Shown: piece after piece, positions 12,401 to 25,849 of the stretch
How the letters are laid out: each line of letters opens with the position of its first letter
Position numbering within the stretch: position 1 is the stretch's first letter
NCBI GenBank assembly: GCA_009914755.4
Contig: CP086569.2
Location: forward strand, 23,616,001 to 23,680,000
Direction: 5' to 3'
DNA from: the human T2T-CHM13v2.0 reference genome, Homo sapiens
Length of the DNA stretch: 64,000 bases
The notes under the pieces: generated by a model
Told to the model about the DNA's origin: nothing
The model's input: the letters and a program-made list of their open reading frames with translations, nothing else
Database searches by the model: none
Position numbers and translations under genes: made by a program

Positions 12401-12550
12401 CAGGAGTCCCAAGATCAGCCAGACCAGCCTCGATACACCTGTGAACCATTGGAGGACTTGCATCTTCTATTTCAGAAGGAAACATCCCACACTAAAAAGG
12501 CTCCTACCACTGATCCTGAGGAAAAACTCCTTCCTGCTTAAAAAAGATAA
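9480..12550 (+). pseudogene. ERV9 pol remnant: reverse transcriptase, RNase H, integrase
   Basis: RT: QYPLRPEAHKGLQDIVKHLEAEGLVRKCSSPYNTPVLGIQKPNG..RLVQDLKLINEALIPLYPVVP..LDLKDAFFCIPLH..QYVDDLFLA, with YVDD at 9960-9971. RNase H: VYTDSKYG..LHCQNHQKGE. Integrase: HQMAKSLFTGPN..VKAC (HHCC) and DFTHMPKSKGFQYLLVCVDAFTDWIEAFP (core). Multiple stops and frameshifts are present. Confidence 0.8.
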
Positions 12551-12579
12551 GTGAAAACAACACACTAACCATACTCTTT

Positions 12580-14366
12580 GTGATAGGATTATATACTCTA
12601 GCTCCTGCCAGTACGAAAATGCTAATCACATCAACCTTCCATCTTTCTTCTTTTAACAGCAATTTACTCCTACCTTTAACTCAGACTCGAGAAAATGATC
12701 TCTTCTTCCAGAGCATCCTCTTTACCTTCCTATTTGCTCTTTGCCTATGCATCCCTCCTGCTTCCTTGGATACCTCATATAATCACCCCTCCCCTTCCAC
12801 TTTTTCCTAATTTCCTCTACAAGACTCTCAACTTAACCCAGTCTCTGTTAAACCAGTCCAGTCCTTCCCTGGCAAATGACTGTTGGCTTTGTGTCTCCCT
12901 ATCAACCTCTTCTTATGTTGCCACTCCCATTCCTGCCAAAAATTGCATCTTTACCAACTTAACCTACCACCCTTGTTATGAAGGAAAAGACCCTTTCTGA
13001 CTTCTAAATATGCAATCGTTAGCCAACTTCCCCATCTCTGATAGGATCAAGAATACCCTAACAGGATGTGCAATCCAACTTTTACGTTCTTAGATTTCCA
13101 ACCACACCTATTATGCAAGCAATGAAAAGCCCATACATGGCCCTGTAGCTATGAATACTATCTTAACTTTCCAAGCTCCTTTATGCAGCCAATGCAACCT
13201 CTTATGAGCCTGCCCCTGGGGCACCTACTACCCCATCAGTGTAATTACACCCTACAACTTCAAGCCCCAACTGATCATAGTAACCCAAACAGCTCCATTC
13301 AGACAGCTTGTCTGCTTCTCAGGGCCCCAAAATCATCACTGCCTCCCTGCTTAACAAACGGTCCAGGTCTTGTAATGGCAAACATACTCCCTGCATGATC
13401 ATTCACCCCTGGGCCCCCTGCAGCAGTGCCCCCACCACTAGTGAATGCCTTCTCATCCCCTCTTTCAATCACTCTCTCAAATTGTTCCTAGTGGATACAA
13501 AACGTTTTTTTCTCCAATGGGAAAATAGAACACAGGGAGCCATTCAGTTTTCTCCCAACACCCCTTGCCAGCCAGTCACTGGAGCTACCTTGGCAAGTAC
13601 TCTAGGAGTATGGGAAAAAGAAAACAACAAATTCACACACCTTTTTAACATACACAACCAGTTCTGTCTACCCAGCCAAGGTATATTCTTCTTATGTGGA
13701 ACATCGACCTATATCTGCCTCCCCACTAAGTGGACAGACAGCTGCACTTAGTCTTTCTAACTTCCAACATTAACATTGCCCCAGGAAATCAAAACTTATC
13801 AGTACCCCTCAAAGCTCAAGTCCATCAGCACAGGGCCATACAACAAATACCACCTACTTATAGGGTTAGGAATGGCTACTGCTACAGGAACCAGAAGAGC
13901 CAGTATATCTACTTCATTATCCTACTACCACATACTCTCAAAGGATTTCTCAGGCGGTTTGTAAGAAATAACGAACCTATCCTTACTCTGCAATCCCAAA
14001 TAGACTCTTTAGCTGCAGTGACTCTCCAAAACCGCTGAAGCCTAGACCTCCTCACTGCTGAGAAAGGAGGACTCTGCACCTTCTTAGGGGAAGAGTGTTG
14101 TTTTTACACTAAGCCATCAGGGATAGTACGAGATGCCACCCAGCATTTATAGGAAATGGTTTCTGAAATCAGACAATGCCTTTCAAACTCATACCAACCT
14201 CTCTAGTTGGGCAACATGGCTTCTCCGCTTTCTAGGTCCTGTGGCAGCCATCTTGCTTTTACTCGCCTTTGGACCCTGTATTTTTAACCTGCTTCTCAAA
14301 TTTGTTTCCTTGGAATTGAGGCCAAGAAGCTACAGATGGTCTTACAAATGGAAACCCAAATGAGCT
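12580..14366 (+). pseudogene. ERV9 env remnant (SU plus TM)
   Basis: The SU CWLC motif is at 12881-12892. The TM has [28 protein letters not shown] at about 14020-14105, which is an immunosuppressive-domain-like region plus CX6CC. A hydrophobic membrane span LLLAFGPCIFNLLLKFV follows. The frame is broken in several places. Confidence 0.7.
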
Positions 14367-14554
14367 CAACTAACAACTTCTACTGAGGACCCCTGGACCA
14401 ACACGCTGGCCCTTCCACTGGCCTAAAGCGTTCCCCTCTGGAGGACACTACAACTGAAGGGCCCTTTCTTCACCTCTATCCAGCAGTGAGTAGCTAGAGT
14501 GGTCATTGGCCAAATTCCCAGCAGCAGTTGGGGTGTCCTGTTTAGAGGGGGGAT

Positions 14555-15347
14555 TGAGAAGTGACAACATACTAGCAGCCCTCGCTCGCTCTTGGTGCTT
14601 CCTTCACCTCAGCATCCGCTCTGGCTCTGCTTGAGGAGCCTTTCAACTGGCCACTGCCCTGTGGGGGCCCCTCTCTGGGGCTGGTTGAGGCTGGGACTGG
14701 CTCCTTCTGCTGGCCTCCTGTCTAGCTAAAGGATTGTAAATGCACCAATCAGTGCTCTGTATCTAGCTAAAGGTTTGTAAACACATCAATCAGCGCTCTG
14801 TGTCTAGCTAATCTGGTGGGGACTTGGAGAACTTTTCTGTCTAGCTAAAGGATTATAAACACACCAATCAGCACTCTGTGTCTAGCTAAAGGATTGTAAA
14901 CGCACCAATCAGCAGGCTGTCAAAATGGACCAATCAGCTCTCTGTAAAATGGACCAACCAGATGTCTGTAAAATGGACCAATCAGTAGGATGTGGGTGGG
15001 TCCAGATAAGGGAATAAAAGCAGGCCACCTGAGCCAGCAGTGGAAGCCTGCTCGGGTCCCCTTCCATTCTGTGGGAGCTTTGTTTTTTCACTCTTCACAA
15101 TAAGTCTTGCTGTTGCTCACTCTTAGTGTCTGTGCCACTTGTATGAGCACCACGAAGGTCTGCAGCTTCACTCCTGAGGCCAGTGAGACCATGAACCCAC
15201 CAGAAGGAAGAAACTCCAGACACATCTGAACATCTGAAGGAAAAAACTCCAGACACACCATCTTTAAGAACCGTAACACTCATCGTGAGGGTTCGCGGCT
15301 TCATTCTTGAAGTCAGCAAGACCAAGAACCTACCAATTCCGGACACA
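14555..15347 (+). repeat. LTR12 (ERV9) 3' LTR, about 0.79 kb, preceded by a polypurine tract (AGAGGGGGGA at 14543-14553)
   Basis: Begins TGAGAAGTGACAACATACTAGCAGCCCTCGC and has the same CCAAT subrepeats and the GGGAATAAAAGCAGG element. It ends ..CAATTCCGGACACA and is followed by ATGA at 15348-15351, matching the 5' flank. Confidence 0.85.
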
Positions 15348-17069
15348 ATGAGACAGAATTACAGCTCTTGCAGTGTTACAGCTCTGTGACTCGTCTTTCA
15401 GAACAGGGTTACACCATAGCAAGAGAGGAACAGGTCAGGGATATTTTGCAGTCATATTTATATTTGCTTTTAAATGCATGGATTATTGCAGAAGTGCAGA
15501 AATTTATAGGGAAGGGGTGGTAATCATTGGATCATTGCCATAGAAGGGTGGTACCTCCTGTGTGTTGTAGCGGCAATGGTAAAATGACACGGCAGACTGG
15601 TGGGCATGTCTGGTTGAAAACTCCTTCTGCCTAGTCCCTGTTTTAGTTAGTCCTCAATCTGGATCCTATGTGAGCCCTACCCCTGGAGTTGAGTCCCACC
15701 TTCAACCTCATTCTCCACTCAGACATTAACTACTTTCCCTTAATCTTAAGGGGGCTGCAGGAGGGAGGAGGTCCATGCACTGTAACTGCTTCCTGCTGAG
15801 TCATGAGCATTGGCCTTGCCTAGCACTAGAGAAGTAAATTTCTCTGGATGCATGAGCTAAAGGGGAGAAACAACATTATAATTCTCCAGGTCAGTACATA
15901 AGATAACTCAAAAGCCTTAAGCCAGCGTTGTTTTCACCTGGAAATATAGTAATCTACAAGATACAAACCTTACTATGAGGCTAAACAAACAAGTAAATAA
16001 ATTAGTAACAATACAGCTGTCAAGGGTCCTAAGATAGATTTTAAAAAGGTGGAAAAAGAGAGAAATACCCTTCTTCACAGAAAATTGTGAAACTGACAAT
16101 GATACCCTTCCTCTTCTAGAAAATTCAGGAGCTCAATTGTGTTTTTCTCAGTCTTCCCTAGTAGGAAGACCCTCTATTCCCACTGGCAGCATTATGTTGC
16201 CAATTCTGGATGAATGACTGTTGATACTTTTAAGTAGGTAGTGGCGATCTTCCAAAAATTTAGATTTAGGTTACAGTGTCCTCCATTTGTGCCTGCAACT
16301 TATAAGAAACAGGTTTAATCCTGGACAATTGTATCCAACTAGGTATGCCCTAAAGTTTAAAAGGACTGGGATAGTCAACAACACCTGATAGGGGCCCTTC
16401 TGTTTTGGTTGTAATTGATTCTCAGGGGATGCTTCTTTCAAAATGTTTACAAAGTTTCATGATTGAATAGGAGGCCAGTTAATTGTGTTGTGAGAGGGGA
16501 CAATACTTTTTGTCCATAGGCTTGGAGGAGTTTTCTAACCTAGCTTAAGTTGACAATATGTGTCAACTTATGAGTTAACTATGTATCTCTTTATTAAGCA
16601 GGAGACCCCAAGCTAAACATGGCCTCACATAACTCGCCTCAAGTGGATTTTTTGGGAAGTATTTTAAGGGTCATTCCTATGTGTATAAAGACTATGGCTA
16701 AGAGAGGAACCTGGGTCTCTGAGGTCTCCTGACATGACTTAGCTAATGTCTTTTCAAAACATGATTAGATTTTTCTATTTTACCTGAGGATTGAGTACTC
16801 CATGGGGAGTGAAGGTGATAGGTAACGTCTAAAGCTGAATGCAATCTATTGGGTCACTCTAACTGTGAAGGTAGTTCCATTATCGCTCTGCAGACTTTCA
16901 GGTAATTGAAACTTTACAGTTGATCTTATTAAGTAAAAATTTGGACACTCATAATGCCTTCTCTGTCCTTGTGGGAAAAGCCTCAATTCACTTGGTGAAG
17001 GTGTCTATAAAAACAGGCAAATGTTTCCTTCACCTGTATGGTTGTATCTGATAAAACCCTATTTGCTGA

Positions 17070-17369
17070 CTGGGCTTGGTGGCTCACACCTGTAATCCCA
17101 GCACTTTGAGAGGCCAAGGTGGGTGGATAACGAGGTCAGGAGATTGAGGTCATCCTGGCCAACACAGCAAAAGCCCATCTCTACTAAAAATACAAAATTA
17201 GCTGGGCACGATGGCACGTGCTTGTAATACCAGCTACTTGGGAGAGTGAGGCAGGAGAATCTCCTGAACCTGTGAAGTGGAGGTTGCAGTGTACAGAGAT
17301 CGTGCCCCTGTACTCCAGCTTAGCGACAGAGTGAGACTCCTTGTCAAAAACAAACAAACAAACAAAAAA
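17070..17369 (+). mobile_element. Alu element (AluS/Y-like), plus orientation
   Basis: GGGCTTGGTGGCTCACACCTGTAATCCCAGCACTTTGAGAGGCCAAGGTGGGTGGATAACGAGGTCAGGAGATTGAGG ... GCGACAGAGTGAGACTCC. It ends in an A-rich tail CAAAAACAAACAAACAAACAAAAAA. Confidence 0.9.
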
Positions 17370-17899
17370 TTCTATTTGACAGGCTTTCCAGTGTATGCCC
17401 CTCAATGTTGTAAAGGTTTGAGTAGAGGAAGGAGTGTGGAGTAGCTTCCTGGATTGTTACGGTCACAAAGATCATAGGCCCTGGCCGTCCTCTTTATAGT
17501 CTGGAATAGATTCTTTCCTTAAATGATTTGAGAAAATAACTTGTATATTGAGACCTGTCCCAAAAGTGAGGAGTCATATAAAAGATTAACTCTTTTTCAT
17601 TGCATTGCCTCAGGGAGAAAGAGTTTTGTTGCATTCTAGCAACCATCCTGAGGGATTCTTTTGTAAGCCTTTCTGTTCTGCCGATTGAATTTTTTCGTGG
17701 GTACAGTGTGGTGTTCCCAACATGGGTGCAGTATCTGACATTAGCCAGTGGCCTGTAACAATGTTACCTCTTTAGATGTGGCCTCAGCCGTTTTCTTTCC
17801 CAGAGAATTTCCTTTGATAATAGAAGGGCCTTCTTTTTAGTGCCTACTGCAGTGAATCATGGCTACCTTCTTTAAGAGCTAGACAGTTAGTTATATGCA

Positions 17900-18990
17900 A
17901 ATACTACATTATCTAATGCCAAGAAATTGAGAATCTGCAGATTTTGGTATCCATGGATGTCCTGAAACAATCCCTCACTGATACTGAGGGACCATTATGT
18001 ATACTTTAATATCACACATCTCACAATGGAAGTAAAGCCTCCATTATCACTCAAGTAATTGGCCATCCTGTGGCTTTCTCTTATAGGTAGGTAGTTTCAA
18101 CTTTGACATCTTAATACTACATCTAGAAAAATTTCTAAGTTTTCTTATTAGTATATATGATTTGTATGTTCTTTGAAGTTTTCCATGTAGGTAATCATGT
18201 CATCTACAGATGAGGAATATTTTACTTCTTTCTTTCCAATTCTTATATATTAAAGTATTTTTATTAGTATTATTTGTCTCATATTACAAGTTAAAAATCT
18301 GCAGGACAATGTTGAAGAGAAATGGTAATAGCGAGCCTTCTAGTCTTTCTTCTGATTTTGAAGGTAGTATTTTCTGATAAGGAACACTTTCTTTATTTGT
18401 ACTTTAATCTCTTATTATAAATAGCTATTCTGTTTTATTTGATGTTTATTCTGTATTCATTGATGTAATTATACTTTTTCCTACTTTAATATATACGTAT
18501 GATGCATTAAATAAATAGATTTCCTTAAGTTGAGCCCCTCCTTTCTCTTTGAAATAAATTTAGTGTAGATATGTGGTTATGATGTATAACCTTACATTTG
18601 TTTGCTCATTGATATGGTTTGGCTCTGTTTTAACCCAATCTCATGCTGAATTTTAACCCTCGTGTTTTGGAGGGGGGCCTGGTTGGAGGTGATTGGATCA
18701 TGGGAGCAGAATTTCTCTTTAGGTTCTCATGATAGCAAATGAGTTCTCATGAGATGGAATTTTTTGAAAATGTGCAGCACTTCACCCTTTACACTCTCTT
18801 CCCTGCCACCATGTGAAGACACACTTGCTTTCCCTTGGCCCTCTCACATAATCTTAAGTTTTCTGAGACCTCCTAGCCATGCCTCCTGCACAGCCTGAGA
18901 AACTATAAGCCAATTAGGTCTCCTTTCTTTATAAATTACCCAGTATCAGGTGTTTCTTTACAACTGTGTGAAAACAAAATAATACGCTTA
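17900..18990 (+). mobile_element. ancient LINE-1 (L1M/L1PB-class) 3' fragment: end of ORF2 plus 3' UTR, highly diverged
   Basis: 18610-18980 (CCCAATCTCATGCTGAATTTTAACCCTCGTGTTTTGGAGGGGGGCCTGGTTGGAGGTGATTGGATCATGGGAGCAG ... CTTTCTTTATAAATTACCCAGTATCAGGTGTTTCTTTACAA) matches the characteristic 3' UTR of older primate L1 subfamilies. 18180-18380 resembles the upstream ORF2-end region (CATGTCATCTGCAAA.., ..AATGTTGAA.AG..TGGT.A.AG). Recall is from memory. Confidence 0.5.
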
Positions 18991-20039
18991 TATTTTGCTC
19001 ATGTTTTCACATTGTTGTGAAGTAAAATTAATCTTTTTTGTTTTTAATTCTTATGCTGTTTGTTTGAAAGTAGTAACAAGACATTATTCATTTGAAAATT
19101 AATTAGGATTGTTTTTCTTCTCTTTTTCACTTCTCAGAAATATTTATTTCCTTGAATGTGTAGTAGAATCCAACTATAAAAGCAGTTGATTCTAATACTT
19201 TTTTATAGGGATAATTTAAATGTGGACACATTTTTTTTCAAAATGCTACAGTAAGTGCAGTTTCTTAGTTCTTCCTAGTTCCTAGTTTGGGTAACTGACT
19301 TTTTTGTAGAGACTTTTCTGTTTCACTGAAGAATTAAAATTTGTTTGTGTAAAGATGTTTCTAATACTGCTGTATTTCTAAATTTCTGCTGCCTAGCTGA
19401 GCATACCCTTTCTTTATGTCTTAATATTATGTGTTCTTTCTTTCCCCAGTGAATCTGGTCAGAGATCTGTAAGCTTCGTTATCTTCTCAAAGAACTAATT
19501 CTTTTTCTATTTGATTAACTTCTGCTCTTCGTTCATTATTTTCTTATTTATGCCTTTTTTCTTTTGGTGTACATGTTTCTTCCTTTCCTAACTATAACAA
19601 ATGATTCACATATTAGTGCCACCTTTTTTATTTCTTCATGAAACACCAAACGTTAACCTTTTTTTTATGACTAACTTTTCTTTTATCAGGATTCCAAAAG
19701 TACTGATACTTAATATTTTAAACTATTATTTAGTTCTGTATTTCAAATTTTGTTTTTTATATGTTATTAACAAGTCTGTATTATGTATTTCCAATTTACA
19801 TGATTAAAAATATGTATATTTTTATAATTGTTTGTATTGGAATCAGAATGTGTTCTTGATAATACATGGACCTTTGAAATGTATTGAGACTTGCCTTAAG
19901 GCATAGTATGTCTTTAAATGTTTCTGAGTTTTTAGAACAATGTGCATTGCTAGATACTATATCCTGTAACTGCCTATTGGATAAAGTTTTTTAAATAGCT
20001 TCTTACATAGTTTAACCTCTGCTGAACCAATAATCTTGG

Positions 20040-20200
20040 AGTGTTGTATTAAAATGTTTCATTATAATGTAATTCATTGATATAATTAATTGAATCAACT
20101 AATTATTTCAATTAATTTAAAGTTAATTAAAATAATTAATTGAATTGTTTAAATTATTTAATTAATTTTTAAATTTCTTGGAATATTATGATTTAAACAA
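20040..20200. repeat. AT-rich low-complexity region with (AATTAATT)-type palindromic repeats
   Basis: taattaattgaatcaactaattatttcaattaatttaaagttaattaaaataattaattgaatt. Confidence 0.8.
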
Positions 20201-23200
20201 TTTTTGCTGTCTATATTTTAGAAGTGTAGATTAAAACTGTATTATCCTCCTAGTCTACTGAAAGTTTTGTTATCTAGGTTACCATAATTTTTCCTTTAGT
20301 ATCAATTGTTGCTTTAAATCTGAAAACATGCAGTGTTTGCTAGGGCATGGAATTTACCCAGTATATCCATTTACATAATTTATTAACTGTTTCTTGCCTT
20401 GTGTTTGATGTAAGTTTCATAAGCAGCACAGAGCTCCAGTTTTTAGAAAGATATATATTTTTAGTACGCATGTTTATTTAAACTTTTTATTCAAATATTT
20501 AGATATATGTTTATAATTTTAAGTTTTATTTATATTTGCTCTAGTCCTTAGGTTTCACTTTCATCTCCTGTTTAAAATTTGTTGTATTAAACTGTTGTAT
20601 TTTTTCCTCATTTTATATATTGTCATGACTTGAAGAAATATATCTTAATTATGTTTAAATCTAATCAAGATCTTTACCAGCTTTAAGAAAAATTCAAGAC
20701 CTTATCATCTTTTATTTTGATTTTTTTATTTTGGATGTTTTAATATAATATTTTAAACTCTATCTTATTTCATTAAATTATATGAAATGTATTATTATTA
20801 TCCACTGTTTTTGATAACTACATGCCATTGTTTTACTAGGTTTCTTCAAGAATGACCTCTCTTTCTTTCCCAGAAATTTCTTATAGAGAAAGTCTCTGTT
20901 CTAGAAAATCTTTCAGCATTTTTAAGTCATTTTATTGGTTATGAATTTTTCTTTCTTTTCTGAGAATAAAATTCTCTTCTTGATTTTAAGTTTACTCATT
21001 CAAGCCTTTCAAGGAATTAAACTGTTTCTGACTTTTGTTCTCTAAATGCTCTATTGAGTTTTTACTTTCCAAGTATTGTATTTATTGCATCTAAAATTTC
21101 TATTTTCTCTCCAGATTTTCAGACCTATCTTAACCTTTAAGATAATCTTTTAATACTTGACCACACTTTTAATATTAATGTTTCATTTTTTAAAATTCAT
21201 TAAGCTAGTTATGTTATATTCAATGTCTGCTTATTAAAGGATCTGCAGTATTTCTCAAATGGTTCTTGTTGTTTCTCCTTATATTTTTCGTGTTGGTTTC
21301 TTTCATGACTTTTCAATATTTTTATATTTATGTGAATCATCTAAACTTTAGGAAAATTCTTTAAGGCCTGAGTTTAAGGTTTTTAAAGGGATATTTGTTG
21401 TACTGCAGTCAGGAGCTCTACAAAAGATTTTTTCCAGCCAATTCTTACACTGAGTTTTTGGAAAGTGACAGAAAGGGTATACATTCTGCTGTCAAACCTA
21501 CATAATAACAGATTTTGGCTATAAAATTAAAGAGTAAGAATCACATCTATGCTCTTTATAACTGAAAACCAAGGTTAAGATGAATGTCTTTCTCTCTGTT
21601 TGTGGGGAGAGTTTGAATGGCTGTATTCATCAAACATTTCATAATAAGTCATCTGCAAGCTGAGGAGCAAGGAGAGCTGATCCAGGTCCCCAAAACTAAA
21701 GGACTTGGATCCTGATGTTTGAGGACAGAAAGCATCCAGCATGGAAGAAAGATGTAGGCAAGGAGACTAGGCCAGTCTCATCTTTTCATATTTTTCTAGC
21801 CAGCAGCTAGTTATGCTGGCAGCTAGTAAGATGGTGCCCACTCGGATTAAGGGAGGGTCTGTCTTTTGCAGCTGACTTACTCAAACGTTAATCTCCTTTG
21901 GCAGCACCCTCACAGAGACACCAAGGATTAATTCTTTGCATTCTTCAATCTAACCACATTGACACTTAGTATTAACTATCACAAGTCCACCCCTTGTCAA
22001 CTTGAACCCACACATATCTCCTGAGATCATACACAATCTTTGAATAAGGAAAATAATAAGGTCACAAGTATGCCTAATATAATACAACTATTCTTCACAC
22101 AACTGGAAATGCAGAAATCCCCAACCCAAATACCATAACGTAAAGTTAATAATACTTAAGTGCTAATGCAAAGTCAATAAATCTTATAACACATAATGAA
22201 GGAAAAAGGAAATAAAGATATTTTCTTAGTATGAGTGTATAAACACAAAAAAATTTTTTTAACAAAAGAAGAAGGAAATACAGTTACAGCCCTCGCTTTT
22301 GCAGCTGATCAAGTGGTTGTACCTGGTATTGATGACTACCTTCTTCTACTACCCTTTCTATATTCCCTTTGGTTTCAGCAAGCACCTGAGCATATTTTGA
22401 GATTGGCCAGAGTGAGACAGTATCACTAAGCATGTTAATTAATTAATTAATTAGGTTAAATCAATCTTTTAACCAAATGACTTAGAAATGTAAAAAGCAA
22501 AAACCTTCTATAATTCTTTACAAATTTTGCTAAAGAACAGATTTGTGCCCTAAGAGTACTTTGTTGTATTTTTATTGCAAGCCTCAATTTACAAAAAACC
22601 CATATAATAACTTTTTAAATTTAATTAATGTTCACAAAAGAATTCCTTTGGCAAGATTAATTTTAACAATCCTTCCACAGCTTGTTTGAACTGTTAGCTT
22701 TATCTTATCTAATTGAGAACAAATGTTTTACCCTAGGCAAGAATTTATATATTCATGCCTTCTTATAATTTTTTATTAAAAACACATTTTACTGTATGTA
22801 AATCATTTACTCATATATAACTCTACTTCCAGTGCTTTTAATTACATCTTATAATGGTAACTTCTAGCAATTTTAACTTTAATGTAAAACCAGGTAAATT
22901 GTTTTAATTATGTGCTAGGTGCAGTCAAGGGTTTGACTCCTTTCAGCATAATTAAGGGTATGGTTAATTCTATTTGTCCTCAGGCCTTACCAACAGTGAA
23001 GCAAAGTTGAACTGCTCTCAAAAACCAAAAATGCTGTTTATAACCTTAAAACATTTAGCAAATCTAGTATTTCACCTGCATAATTTCGTCCACCCACTGA
23101 TACATTGATATTTGTGTTCTACTGATAATCTTTAAGGCTGTTTTTATTTCTCAAAGATTAAAAGTCATGTGAACAAAAAGGTACATGTCTTTTTTCTTCC

Positions 23201-23335
23201 CTTCAATAAATATTTGATCCAAGTTCTTATCATTCTTTAAGTAAATTTATTAGACCTCTTTATATAGACATCATACACACAACATATATATATAACTACA
23301 GAAACAGGCTGAAGAAAACCTAGTAATTATAAGGT

Positions 23336-23643
23336 TTTTGTTGTTGTTGTTGTTGTTGTTTTGAGACAGAGTCTCGCTCTGTCACCCAGGCGGGAGTGCA
23401 GTGGCGCGATCTTGGCTCTCTGCAACCTCTGCCTCTGCAACCTCAACCTCACGCCATTCACCTGGCTCAGCCTCCTGAGTAGCTGGGACTACAGGCGTCC
23501 ACCTGGTTAATTTTTTGTATTTTTAGTAGAGATGGGGTTTCAACATGTTAGCCTGGATGGCCTCTATCTCCTGACCTCGTGGTCCTCCTGCCTCAGCCTC
23601 CCAAAGTGCTGAGATTACAGGCATAAGCCACCACACCCAGCTG
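23336..23643 (-). mobile_element. Alu element (AluS/Y-like), minus orientation, with a (TTG)n/T-rich tail
   Basis: TTTTTGTTGTTGTTGTTGTTGTTTTGAGACAGAGTCTCGCTCTGTCACCCAGGCGGGAGTGCAGTGGCGCGATCTTGGCTC ... GATTACAGGCATAAGCCACCACACCCAGCTG is the reverse complement of a full Alu. Confidence 0.9.
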
Positions 23644-24855
23644 TCATAAGGTTTTTTATTTGCCAATTTCCAGATTGAATTACTGTCCTCTCATGCATGC
23701 ATTAGAGTGGCCAGACAAAATGAAGAAAAAGGATTCAGTTGACTGAGAAAAAAACTTCTACCAGCAAAACAAGATCCAGGAAAAGAAAAATATAAAGGTC
23801 TTTTAAATATACCTATAATTTGGATATCCACTTTTAATTAAGTTGAGGACTCTTTAAGAATATCCTTTTAATTTTTTTATTACCTGACTCTAGTAGCACC
23901 AAGCAGCCAGTGTTTCTGGCTTTCAAATTTTAACAAAAGTAACTTACCAGGTGCTCAGAGGAAAAAAAAAAAAAAAGTAAGGCAGTTTGTTAAGTGGAAG
24001 AGAATCAGCAAAGGGCAAAAGTTACATGCTGATATAAAACCAGAAGAGACTCTTTCCTTAAGCCAGGATTAAACCTGGGCCACCATTGTAAAATGGCAGA
24101 GGCCAAAACAAAACAGAGCCACATTGGTTCAGGTCATGTTCCTGAAAACATAAAACAAGATGGATGCCTGCGCAAAATTTTCTGACAGCTATAGAGAAGG
24201 ACATACAAAGCACACCAGATTGGCCACAGCTCTAGACCAACCTGAGAAACATCTATTCACAATCAAAACTCTACAAAGAATATAAGCAGTGATCATTGGG
24301 GCATTGTCCGGCAAAACATTTCATATGAAGAAAACAAAAAAACCTTCTGCTTAAAAGTAAATTGCAGACAGGATGAAGAAAAGAAAAAAAAAGTCTTAAG
24401 TGTAGAGCAGGAAAGACAATTTTCTTTCTTATGCAAATGAGTTCCTTCAACAAGGAGAAAAACTTAATGCTGTTGGGTGAGGTTGGATCCCTTGGTCGGT
24501 GAACATGAAGACACCATGAGTGCCTCGCATTTTTCAGCCCAGAGGAGATGGGAATGAAGAGCTGCCATTCAACTACCATCCCACATGTGCCTGGGGCTGT
24601 TTGGGTAGGGTGTTGAAGAGTTTCCTCTATCCTCAGGAGAAGTCCAAGAATGAAAACACTTACAAACAAAATAGAAAAAGATTTTTTAGTTTACATCTTA
24701 CTTACCTCAAGCCCCACATCTAGACACCGAAATGTTATAGAACTTTCTCCTTAGTTAAGCTAAAACAAGGATCTTCTCACATGATTATGAAGGAAGAGTC
24801 TAATGAATACACTGAAGGGTTAGGAGTAAAGTTTATTGGGCCAAAAGGAAAAAGA

Positions 24856-24882
24856 AAACAACAACAACAACATCAACAACAA
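24856..24882. repeat. (CAA)n trinucleotide microsatellite
   Basis: acaacaacaacaacatcaacaacaa. Confidence 0.85.
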
Positions 24883-25849
24883 AGTGTCAGCAGAGTGGGA
24901 AGCACTCGTGTTATCTGGCCCTGACCTCACAGATTGAGGAACACCAGGTCACAACATAGCAACTTAAGAATCCAGGTTCCTCTCCTGCCAAAAGGTGTGA
25001 ATTTCAGTGGCTCCACCTCCTTTTCCCATTGCACAGGTAGGCATTATTCAGAAAGAAGCCGTCAGAAAATGGCTGGCTTCATTTGAAACCAGCAGTCCAA
25101 TTTTTCAGCCATCAGGCTGAAATGAAGTAAGACACTTTATAGTTGTTGTAAATTTTTTTCTTGAATTTCTTTTTCAGATGGCTTTTTCTTGGCATGAAAA
25201 TATGCTCCTACTAAGTTTTTAAAGTGAATTTGGTATTCTGCTACTTAACTGAATTTCTTTATCAATTCTCAAGATTTTTAGTGTAGTATTTAAGTTTTGC
25301 TATACAAACAGTTAAGAGATCTGCAAACAGATAATTTGACTTTCTTCCTTTTTATTTGGATGTCTTTTATTTCTTTCTCTTGCATAAATAATCTTGCTAA
25401 GACCTCCAGTACTCTGTTGAATAAAAGTGGTAAAAGTAGACATCACTGTCTTCTTCTAGGTCTTAAGTAAAAAGCCTTCACCTTTTAATGTTCAGTGTCT
25501 TATCAGGTATTGATTTGTCATATTTTGCCTTAACTGTGTTGTGTTACATACCATCTGTACCTAACTTGTTCACTTGTTTTAATCACAAAACATGCTAAAT
25601 TTTTCAAAATAATTTTTCTGCATCTAAAATAAAAAATAAAGTGCCTAGCAGTAAACTTAATTAAAAAGATAAACACTGTCTACACTATAAATTATAAAAC
25701 ATTAATTAAAAAACTAAAAAATATGAAAAACATGAGAAATATTTTTTGTTCATGAGTTATAAAAAATATTGCTAAAATGACTATGCTACTCAAGGTAATC
25801 AACAGATTCAATGCAAACTCAATAAAAATACCAATGACATTTTTTCACA

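Larger units (their letters stand above)
5100..15347 (+). mobile_element. HERV9 / ERV9 endogenous retrovirus provirus (LTR12 - gag - pro - pol - env - LTR12), defective
   Basis: Both LTRs carry the LTR12-specific tandem subrepeats TCTAGCTAAAGGATTGTAAATGCACCAATCAGC. The internal region has gammaretrovirus-like motifs in a single orientation: a Cys-His zinc knuckle, protease DTGA, RT YVDD, RNase H, an integrase HHCC zinc finger, env CWLC, and an immunosuppressive-domain/CX6CC region. All reading frames are broken by stops and frameshifts. Confidence 0.9.
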
